The notes below the pieces were generated by a model. The model saw nothing but the letters and a program-made list of their open reading frames with translations, searched no databases and was not told where the DNA came from. A program made the position numbers and the translations under genes. This document shows, in pieces, positions 53,651-64,000 of a stretch of 64,000 nt of DNA. Source of the DNA: the human T2T-CHM13v2.0 reference genome, Homo sapiens; NCBI RefSeq assembly GCF_009914755.1, contig NC_060931.1, one strand, 5' to 3'. Numbering within the stretch: the first letter of the stretch is position 1; the number at the start of each line of letters is the position of its first letter.

Positions 53651-54807
53651 CTTGTCTAGAGGTTTGGTTCTAGAGGGAGAAATGCTTCTATCAGGAGACC
53701 CAATGTTTCTACTGAACTGGAAGTTAAGACTGCCAGGCCACTTGGACTTTTCATGCCTTTGAATCAACAGGCAAAGAACTGAGTTACAATGTTGGCTTAG
53801 TATTACCATGGCCCGTCAATGGAAAACTACAACAATCCCAACCAGGCAGAAATAGTAATGGCCCCAATCCTTCAGGAATGGAGGTGTGAGTCACCCCGCC
53901 AGGAAAAGAGCCATGACCAGTTGAGGTACATGTTGAAAGCAAGAGAATACAGCATGAGTAGCAGAAGAAGGTAGCTATAAACACCACCTAAAACCATGTG
54001 ATCAGCTATAGAAACAAGGAAAAAAGGACTGTAATGGTCATAAGTGTTTCCTCCTTACTTTGTTATGAATAAGTGTATGTGCATGTGCATATATATATTT
54101 GATTCCTTCCCTTTTTTATTCCCTTATCATGTGGCATAAGACGTATTAATTCTACATCATAGGACTTAAGTTGCAGGATACCAAGGAGAAGAGTAGACAT
54201 CACTCCACGAACTTTACTTCCTTTTCTGGGAAAAGACCAGCGCATTTTCAGTTGTATGCAGGATAGTTGCATCATGTTAGGCAGAATTATGATCTTGTTA
54301 CTGTCTTTGTTTGGAGATTAAGAATGGTTTAAGGGGTGTGCATGGGTGCTCAGCTGACAAGGAGTGGACATCTGATGGTTAGCTTTGTGTGTCAATTTGA
54401 CTGGGCATGGGGTTCCCAAATTAAACATCGTTTCTGAGTGTGTCTGTGAAGATGTTTCCATATGAGACTAGCATTTGAATTGGTGAACTTAGTAAAATAG
54501 ATTGCCCTCCCCAATGTGAGTGGGCATCATCCAGTCTACTCAGAGCTTTAACAGAACAAAAGGTGTAGGATGGAAGAATTTGTCCCTTTTTTTTCTGCCT
54601 GCCTGATTGAGCTGGGACATCTTCTCTCATTTTCTCTAGTCCTGGGACTAACAGTTACACTATCAGTTCCCCCCGTCTCAGGATTTTGAACTGGATCTGA
54701 ATTAATTACACCACCATCTTTCCTGGATCGCCAGCTTGTAGAAGGCACATTGAGGGACTTTACAACCTCCATAATCTTATTAGCCTATTGCTCATAATAA
54801 ATTAGTT

Positions 54808-54919
54808 TCTCTCTCTCCCCCCGATATATGTATATGTGCATGTGTGTATCTATATATACATGTATATATATACATATGTGTGTGTGTATATATATATACA
54901 CACATATACACACATATAT

Positions 54920-54962
<43 letters not shown>

Positions 54963-54997
54963 CATATACCCCACACATACACACACATACGTATATA
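54808..54997. repeat. Compound (CT)n/(TA)n/(TG)n/(CA)n microsatellite inside the 3' MLT2 LTR
   Basis: Seen directly. Confidence 0.92.
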
Positions 54998-56096
54998 TGT
55001 TTCTGGTTTTGTTTTCCTGGAGAGAAACACACAAATATATGCTACTGGCTCAGTTTTTCCAGAAGTCCCTGACTAATATGTAATATTACGATTGCTGTCC
55101 AAGTCTGGGAATTGTCCCACTTATTTATAGTCCTTTTAAATTAAGAGTGGGCTTACTTTAACTTTTATTACAAACTATAAAGATAATTTTAATCATTGCT
55201 AATCTTGATTTAATTTCCAATGATTCCAATTATTGCCACCACTAATACTGATATCAAATTTTTTAAGTAGTAGTTATGTCTATAATTCACTTTTGGCTTT
55301 CTCATGTTTTCTTTTCTTATTAATTTTACAAAAGCAATCATTTTTCTGGAAATGTCCACTGCAAACAGTAGGCAACAGTGAGTGTTATAGCATTTAAATT
55401 AGTAGGCCCACTAAAAGCTACTCAGCTTAATAAGGTCAGTAGTATGTTTTCTGGCTTCTCTCAGACTATTTTTTGAAGATTTTGCAAGTATTATTTTTAA
55501 TTTCTGCAATGTCTCTGAAGATTTTAAAAATTTTGTTAACATTCTTGATATAATTCAATTTATAAACCAATGCTGAATTGAAGTCTTACCAAATTATGGT
55601 AGATGAAATTATCATCCTATTAGAAATATTTCAAATATACAGAAAAGTTTAGAGAATAAAACCATGAATAGTTGTGAACCTACCACAAAGATTTAACAAA
55701 TGTTAAATGTTTCATTTTCTTCAGTTCATTTATAAAAATCAACATAAAAATCACAGATTTACTAAAATCTGCACCTACATTCCTCTTACCTTCCCTGAAA
55801 ATAGCTACATTCCTGAAAGTAAAGTGTCTCTTCGCCTTGCTAATTTTTTATACGTTTACTGCATATTTATATGTTCACATAGAGAATGCTTATTTTTCTA
55901 ATATTTACATAAATGGTTATAAAAGTTTTCAAAAACTTATCTCACTCATACAATTAAAAATAATTAAAAAATATTAGAAAACGATAGTGCTGTAATAAAC
56001 AAAGCACGTAAGGAAAATTTGGAGTAGGTGAACTGGGAGTAGGTTGCAGTTTAAATAGAGATGTCAATGTAGGCCTTTTGGTGTCATTTGCACAAA

Positions 56097-56250
56097 CTTT
56101 TTTTTTTTTCCATTTACTCATTTACTTATTTTAGAGACAGGATCTTATTATGTTGTCTAGGCTGGTCTTGAACTCCTGGCCTCAAGCGATCCTCCTGCCT
56201 CATCCTCTGGAGCAGTTGAGCTTATAAGTGTGAGTCACAGCACCAGTCTT
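56097..56250 (-). mobile_element. FLAM/Alu monomer
   Basis: tagagacaggatcttattatgttgtctaggctggtcttgaactcctggcctcaagcgatcctcctgcctc. Confidence 0.85.
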
Positions 56251-57080
56251 GAGCAAACAATTAAAGGAGAAGAGAGAAAGTGATTTATTTTCCTCATCTA
56301 TTATTACATTGGTCTGGGTCTCCAAATACAAGGATAAAACCCTCTTTTTCCTTAGTGATGCTTTTATGTTTTAATCCTTGCATCTAATACTAATATTATT
56401 ATACCAGTTAATTCTATGTGAGTGTGTTTGTGTGTAAGATGTAAGAAGTGTAAAAAGTGATTACAATGTAACTAAACATCTCTCACCATTATTTTACTTT
56501 TACCTGTTTATTTTTAATTGTATGTTTCTCATTTGTAAATTTTTGGTCGATTTTAAAGAATCAAATGGCTTTCTGTTTCTTCAACACTGTTAGACACTGT
56601 CCCTTTCGGGCTGAGTTAGGTATGTTTGAATTTATTATGATTGCTTTTTAATGTAATTTATTTCTGCCACCTGTTGTGTATGCATGTGTTTTGGTCTACT
56701 AAGATCTTTCCTCGCTCATTTGATTTTCCTCTCTGGCTTCTGAGGATAGATAAAGCTTTCTGTATTTTCTTAGTATTTACTATGGGCTTTGAAAACTGTG
56801 TATACCATTTTTCAAGTTACTTACCCTTATATGCTTAATACAAATAATCAATATAATTTTCAACGAAGTCTAACGTAGCTCAATATCTTTATTACTGTTC
56901 TAAAAGATACTTAGCATGCTTTATTCAAAAATGAACATCTCCCTTAGTTTCTGTGGAATCATTATCCAGAATTTTAGTACTTTCTTTTGAAACATAAAGA
57001 AATTACTTATTATTATTATTTATACCACTCAATAACTCATTTCATTTGTGAGTTATTTCTTCACATTGACTTCACTTTTT

Positions 57081-57082
<2 letters not shown>

Positions 57083-57113
<31 letters not shown>
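57083..57113. repeat. (TG)n microsatellite
   Basis: Seen directly. Confidence 0.92.
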
Positions 57114-57116
<3 letters not shown>

Positions 57117-59719
57117 AGTAATTTTTTTCATTGAGAGCCTATTTGTACTGAACTTTGTGACTGCATGCTTTATTTCCCTCTATTCCTGGACTGGTTATTA
57201 TCAATTTATAGAATTCTATTTTACAGTTAATTTGCTTGACAATTTTGGATTATTTTTCCATTGTCTTCTGATGTCTCTTATTGCATGGGATATCTTCTAT
57301 CTTTAAAAAACATAGGTAACATGTTTTTTTTCTCTAGTCGGTTTTAAGATTTTTCTCCTTATCCTATATATTTTGCAGTTTCAGCATGATAGTCTAAGTA
57401 TATATTTTCTATGCTTATATTTTTATCTATTTCTCCACAAACATAAATACCTATATACGTATGTATTATTATTTCGACCTATTTCTGTTAATTCATCCAT
57501 CCATCATTTGTCCATGCATGTCTGTCTTTCCAGGTCAGCACTAGGTGTTCAGTTTTAGGTAGAAAATGTGTGTCCTCTTTCAATTCTAGACAATTCATGG
57601 AAATAATCTTTCAAATATCAACTCTCAACCTCCATTCTCTTTACTTGGCACTCCTAACAGTCTTATTTTGCCTATTTTCAAACTATTGTTGGTATCTGTT
57701 AACTGTTCCTTTGTTACTTTAACTTCGTCTATGCTACTTTTGGGGAATAATCCTCTACTCTCTTTCAATCCACTAATCTCTTTGATTGTTTCCAATATAG
57801 GCATTTTTCCCATCTAATGAGGTTACAGCACCTCAATGACTATATTTTCTTAGATTTGTCTCTTTTCAAGTACACCTGTTATTTTTTTCATTTCTGTTTA
57901 ATTCATTATTTCTTATTGCTGTTATCTATTTATATGTTTTCTTTCCTACCTCTCATAATGTTTAGTCATTATATAATTATTAATTCTGGTCTTAGAGCTG
58001 ATTTTTATTGTCTGATTTTCATTCAATTGGTTTTATTAGTTATTGTGCTTTGATGTTTTAGGCACATTTTGAGTAGAAGATGTTCTTCTCCTTGTATTAT
58101 TCTCACTTCTTCCTTTATAGAAATTTTTTAGTTGTCTCCATTCAATCCTAAATCCAACTGCCAAAAAACAAAATTTATGTTAGTGAATTGCTATTTCCAG
58201 GAGTGCAGCATAGCGCTATCACTACACAACTCCAATGGACCCATTTCATTGGACTCCAAAGTGAGTGATAGCCCTGAGAATTGTGCAATATGCCATCTAC
58301 ACATTGCAGGCTGCTGCCTTAGGGGACACCATTCAATAGTGAAAGTGGGAATAAACCTGTGAGTGGATTAGTGTAAGATTCTAGCTGCTTCTTTCTTTTT
58401 CTCTGTATATACTGTCCCAAGCAGCAGGCACTTCATTTTTAAAGTTCTTTTCATTAACTGGTTAAATTCATCATAGTACCTGGATCTGACCTTTGAACCT
58501 GCTTCTGGTGTCTCACTTTTCATGGTTTTTTTCAGTTGCCATGGATTTAAAGCAACTGAAGCTTCAGCCTCTTTTATTTGAACAAAAAGCAAAGTCCAAC
58601 ATGTGTGCGTATTTGGCTACATATATTACTTTTTATTCCTCCCAATTTTTAGTCCATGGAGACGTCTATCTTAATCTTTAGAGAATTTTTTTTCCTTTTT
58701 AAAATATCTAGTTTATCAACATAGTAAATGTTTATAATAAAATGATATGAACTTGCAATTCTATCTTGGCAAGAATCCCAAGGAAATTATGCTTATGCTT
58801 CTTTCTGGTTCTCAAATTTTCCAAGCCAAAACTTCCATATAGAGTAATTTTACCAAAAATTTAGAGAATTTGAGTCTAAAGTATATTTCCTTTAATTAAA
58901 ATATATTTTATATTTATAATAATATTTTAGAAAATATCCTAGACCAGTTCAAATGGTTTCAGATTATTCTAACTTTGATTCTTTTTCTAAAAATTTTCAA
59001 GTAATAATTTCACTAATATTTATATATATTCTAGGATATTAAGATTACAGTTCCTCATATTTTACTCAGAAAGTAGTTGAGATCTTTTTTTTTATAAATT
59101 TACATTACAAAATGGCATAAAATTCTTTGCTTCCCGCGTCGTAGGTTTGCAGAGAAGCTTAGTTTCTATTCTTGTTATGACTCTAGCTTAATTTGCAGTC
59201 TTCATGAAGACCTAACTTTCACTCAAAGTGCTATGTTGTGATGTTTATAAAGATCAAAATATATTCTTCATCCAATTGATATTTGAATGGTTTCAATTAA
59301 TACTTTCATATATTTGTTAGGATTATTACCTCACATTGTACTATATATACATTATATGGCTATAGAGTCTACAATAAAATTGGTAAAAATAATCTGGGTC
59401 TTGTATACGTATAAATTAAAATTTAGTTAAGCTCATAACATTTAATACCTAGCTCTTTACTGCTAGTGATGTAAATATGTAATTTCAAATTGAGAAAATA
59501 GTAAACATAAATGGGCAATTAATAATTCTCTATTTTGTAAAAATGTGAATAGCATCGATATTGTTTTAGATTTTAACGTGAAAATATTTAAAATAAGGCA
59601 TTGTACTCATGTTCTTAACTCATGTGGCACCTCCTTTATGGATATATAGTGTGTCTTTTATATTTTTCTGTAGTACCTCGTAACAGTCACATCTTCTTTT
59701 TCTAGACAATGAATATCTG

Positions 59720-60230
59720 TTATATTTGCCTATTTGGTATTCATAAGCTGCCCTCCTTTTCCTGATAACATATAAATTTCCTTTAAGAATCCCTGATGCT
59801 GCTATTCTCAGATCATTTTGCTCCAGAAGTCTCCTTTATTACAGGGCAACAGGGATAAATATAACCTAGGCCCAGAAAATTAGAGCCAGGGCATTTGTTG
59901 TAGGGATAAGCAAGTGTGCTGAGATGCCAATTTCAGGACTTTCCCTGAAAAATTAAAAACATGATAGCCTATTCTGCCAAGTTTGCAAACTAGTTGGGTA
60001 TTCATCTATCACTGCTGGAGTAATCCTGTTGTCGGAAGGAGAGACAAGGAAGTTCTTGGAGAAAAAAAAAATAAAAAGCTGAGAGATGAAGACAAATTCC
60101 TGAGGGCATGAAACTATGCCTGAAGCTGTAACAGTTCTGGTATTTTTCAGTTAAGTCTATAAATTCCCTCCGTGTCTCTTTCTATAGTAGTCAATTAGAG
60201 TTTTGTTTCTCTCTAACTGCAGGAGTTCTA
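59720..60230 (+). mobile_element. Old MaLR (MLT1-type) LTR
   Basis: ctatgcctgaagctg...tttttcagttaagtctataaattccct...agagttttgtttctctctaactgca. Confidence 0.5.
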
Positions 60231-61769
60231 CCTCACACATATAATTGTCTTGTCTTTCCTCTGTTTCACCTACTATATTTTAGGTTTCTTGAGAACTGAG
60301 ATGATTTCTTATTATCTGTTTTATGCACAGTTCTTATCCTAATGACCAACTTAAATTTTTAATAAATAAAGAATGAATAAATACACAAATTTCCATAGAT
60401 ATATTACTGTAGTTATTAAGTAAAATTATCATTAGATAATTTTTTGTATAATTCTCAGCTCAATATATTAAGTTGGCAGAAAATAAACATGGTTTTTCTC
60501 CTACTCTGTCCCATGGGAAATCATTATGAAGAATTAGAATTCAAATTAGAAAAATAGTTATTAACTATGGTGTCAAATCATATTGATTAAATAAGATCAG
60601 TATTGTTGTGTTTCACAAGTGATATAAAACGACGTAGAAAGAGATAGATTTGAACATATAGTCCTGGAAATAGCTCAACATGCATCCTCTCTTCTCTGCC
60701 ACAGAAGCTCTTGCTTTCGATGATGATGTCATCAACCAGACATTTTATGGTAGAATAATTTTGAGTATTATTGCTCTTTAAAGCATCTCCTTTTGGGGCT
60801 TTTTAAATTTGTTTTTGTTCTAAAAAATTGTGTATTATGAAAAGCATGTCCTCAAAATAGCTTTAACAATTTTAATATTTTGTCATATTTGTTTATATTT
60901 CATTTGTGGTCATTTATATTTTGGTGTTATTTTAAAGCCAGGAATAGATATCATGATGTCTCATCATAAATTCTTTAATACATAACTCCTAGGAATAGAG
61001 ATGTTCTCTTACAAAGCTAAGATGTCATTATAATGACTAAAATAATTGTCAACCATTTACAATGTAATATCCAACCCATATTCTAATATCTTCAATTGTC
61101 ATAAGAATGCTCTTTAGAGGTTCCTCTTTTAGATAGACAGAAGTACTGCAAATTGTTGTTTTATTATAGACTAACAAGTCTTTTGTAAGTGATGTTTATA
61201 TGAACAAATAGATTAGATGATCATTTCCTGAATGTTCCCCAAAATACTAATCCCAAAGGTGACAATATTTGCTCTACAGAAAATAGCATTATGAAGCAAA
61301 TAAGTTTTTACAGTAGAAAATCCTATACAAAACTAATAAATACTTAGAAATATGAAAAGGGTAAACAAACTTGCACGTTGAGGTAGTTGTAGAAAATATC
61401 CCAAACTATTCAAAAATCACACATTAATGCTTCCTAAATGTTCATCATCCTTCACTATAACTACGAAGAGTCCAAATGAAATGTAATAAGATAAGATTAA
61501 CTAGAAAAAAAGAGAGATTTCACTGTAAAGAGTTTCAAGGATAGAATAAGGACACTGAACTTGAATCTGTCTTTAGTGAAGAAGTTTTGCACAAGATAAA
61601 GACTTGATGGAAATAATAATTGGGTAAAAAATGAATGCAGCAGAAGAGATTGCAAAAAAAGAATTAAAACACAGGCTGTTACAGTAACCCAGGTGGAAAC
61701 TGATGAGAATAGAATGTTTGCTTTTAATTCATAGGTGTCATTTGGCCAGCAGACGCCAAGAGGCTCTTC

Positions 61770-61930
61770 ATGAAACAGTGGAATGAACACACTAGGGTAT
61801 AGGTACTCCAAGTCCTTATCTTAGATCTGTAATCAGCTGTGTGACCTTGTGTAACTCAAGAAGTAGGTCTATTCCTCAACTGAAAATAGAGGAATGAAAT
61901 AGATGACAACTAAGGTACAGCTCTAAATTC
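61770..61930 (+). mobile_element. MIR fragment
   Basis: atcagctgtgtgaccttgtgtaactc...ttcctcaactgaaaatagagg. Confidence 0.6.
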
Positions 61931-63419
61931 CTACTAATTCCAGAATAACCTTGCCACATCAGCCATCCTCCATTATACTTGGAGCTGCTTGAATTTTGCA
62001 AATATTGTAGAAATAAAAGCATTTATTTTTAACAGAGTTTAAAGAGAACTCTAGAAACAAATCATGAGAAAGTGATAACTTTAATGTAGGTTGAGTTTTC
62101 TCTTAGTATTATCTTTACAGCTACTGCATTATAAAACAAGTTTAAAAAAGCAACATGTGATCAGAATATCTCAAAAGAAATTCTATCCCGAAATTTAAGA
62201 ATTCTAACTATATTATTTATATCAGGCACTTAATAGTATTTTATATGTACAGACTGTGATTTAATTTACGATAGTTTTAACTACTCACCTGGTAGCACTT
62301 GGACTCCTGCTATAGTCCTAGTGCTCCTCAATCTCTAGCATTTCAGGTCAAATATGAATAGAGGCCATGTTTTCAAGGTTATGAAACATGGGAGTGAAAC
62401 ATGAAGGAGGGAGGAAGTCATGAAGTTAAAGACTTCAAGTTCAAGTGAAGCTAGGACCAAGGAGTGTACAGATTATGTAGGAGATGTCACCATCCCCAAG
62501 AACATGGAGGTCATATTTTAATAGCATCCATGTAAGAAATGCAGGGCTTTTCCAAGAGACATGTAAGAAATTTGGAGTCCCCTACTAAGTTTTTATGAGT
62601 AAAGAACGCATAACACTGGGACAATATTTTTTTTTTGCCAAAGTATTTTTCTTAAGTTTTAATATCTTTGGCATAATTAACTTGAATCTCTGCCTGACAA
62701 ACATCTCAATCAAATGTGTAAAATAATTCAGTGCCAATGGTGTAGCAGTGGCTTAGACCATAAAAGTGCAAGGAATGGGGAACATTAAAAATGGTGAATG
62801 TAGTTGTTACCTCAAGAAAATTGTAGTCTTGTTGCTCTAAACTACATGTATAAAAGTGAGCAATAGGTCCTTTATTCAGCATCCCCTAGCAATTTTTAGG
62901 AATATCAGGGTGTTTGCACAAACAAGAAAAATATATTTCTGTTGATTTTCAATCTGAAACTTTCAGGATTGCATTTACTTCCCTGTTTTCCACTAAATCT
63001 GATGCACAAGCAAATCACTGTTAAACATGTTCGGATTCTGCATTAACTCCTTCAAATCAGATTCTTCATCGAGTCCTTTAATTTATCTAAGTTTTTCCTG
63101 GAGACTTGAAAGAATTCGTGCACGTTGCAAACACGAATTACTTTTTATATTTGGGAATTGGCCTGAAACTAGGAAATATGATCCTTAAAGACTAGGCTCA
63201 GAGGTCAATGACACAAGCACCCATGGTGCCATTCTCAAGATGCTACAATGATTTGGAAACAAGTGACCTATTGTCTAGTTTCTACCAATCTAGTGAAACC
63301 TAGTCACTCATGGCAATTAATCTATACCCAGACTGATTGGATCTTGGTTTAAACTTGACTCTCATTGTTATTCTCAGCCATGTTTAGACTACATTATGGG
63401 ATAGCTCTCTGACATTTAA

Positions 63420-63992
63420 ATATAATGCAAGCCACAATTGTGTTCTGCAAATGTCAAGTTAAAGCTTTGTAGTAGCCATATCAGAAACATAAAAACATAA
63501 TATTAATTTTAATAATTTATTTTATTCAATATACCCCATATATTAACAGTTCAAAATGTCATTTATATTTTTAAAACACTAAGGAATAAATTTTTCTTAC
63601 TAAGCCTTTCTTTTTTTTTCTTGAGACAGAGTCTCACACTGTCATGCAGCCTGCTGAAGTGCAGTGGCACAATCTTGGCACGATCTTGGCTCACTACAGC
63701 CTCCATTTCCCAGGCTCAAGCGATTCGTGTGTCCCAGCCTCTCAAGTAGCTGGGACTACAGGCATGCGCCACCATGCCAGGCTACCATTTGTATTTTTGG
63801 TAGAGATGCTGTTTCGCCATGTTGGCCAGGCTGATTTTGAACTCCTGGACTCAAGTGATCTGCCTGCCTTGGCCTCCCAAAGTGCTGGGATTACAAGTGT
63901 GAGTCACGGCGCCCGGCCTACTTACAAAGTCTTTGACATGTGATGTTCATTTTATATTTATGGGACATTTCAATTTGGAGTAGCCACCTTTC
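63420..63992. mobile_element. MER33/MER3-like hAT transposon split by an Alu
   Basis: tataatgcaagccaca...tagtagccatat...attaattttaataat...; resumes ttttatatttatgggacattttcaatttggagtagccac. Confidence 0.65.
63607..63918 (-). mobile_element. AluJ, full length
   Basis: Dimeric Alu with an internal 11-nt duplication gcacaatcttg-gcacgatcttg. Confidence 0.93.
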
Positions 63993-64000
63993 ACCTCTAT

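Larger units (their letters stand above)
46720..55080 (+). mobile_element. Degenerate two-LTR ERVL provirus with MLT2C/D-type LTRs (5' LTR 46720-47172, 3' LTR 54371-55080)
   Basis: Both LTRs start t(g/c)tgatggtt...tgtcaa(c/t)ttg. Internal remnants of gag, protease (LLDTDS at 51632) and RT (WRMIVHYYKLN...AFFSIPV...TVLPQG; HYIDDI at 52390). Purine-rich tract before the 3' LTR. Confidence 0.92.
55600..58150 (-). mobile_element. Old L1M (L1ME-type) fragments
   Basis: atttcaaatatacagaaaagtttagagaata...; T-rich antisense L1-like sequence (ttttaagatttttctc..., tcaattctagacaattc...). Confidence 0.6.

Noticed and set aside
54785-55083. Six overlapping ORFs on both strands
   Set aside because: Stop-free dinucleotide repeats. 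The ORFs at 584-817 and 11790-12049 likewise overlap microsatellites.
62283-62452. Perfect minus-strand donor CAG|GTGAGT at 62283-62291 with a possible 162-nt exon
   Set aside because: The acceptor is mediocre, there is an in-frame TAG in the DGKB phase, and the region looks repeat-derived. A lone consensus donor is expected by chance in 64 kb.

Overview
Primate genomic DNA, most likely human. It is AT-rich, CpG-poor and repeat-dense, and lies entirely inside the minus-strand gene DGKB (diacylglycerol kinase beta). Only two coding exons are present. One is a 77-nt exon at 10679-10755 encoding (Y)[25 protein letters not shown]. The other is a 21-nt frame-preserving microexon at 6949-6969 encoding KQDILNQ, which the ORF track misses. 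The rest is intronic: Alu, MIR, L2 and L1M elements, DNA-transposon fossils (MER5, MER63, MER33, MADE1, near-full-length HSMAR2), and many LTR elements. These include a full-length THE1C with a MADE1 inside its 5' LTR and an 8.4-kb MLT2/ERVL provirus carrying five later nested insertions. I found no new protein-coding system, and no other ORF in the track is supported as a gene. The most unusual signals are: (i) the microexon acceptor, where an RBFOX site and SRRM3/4-type UGC motifs overlap; (ii) several locally templated insertion or fold-back 'scars', including a 46-nt copy of unique sequence pasted into an L1 5.8 kb away; (iii) a miR-548-like MADE1 hairpin. Repeat subfamily names come from my recall of consensus sequences and need RepeatMasker/Dfam confirmation. 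Boundaries of old repeats are approximate.
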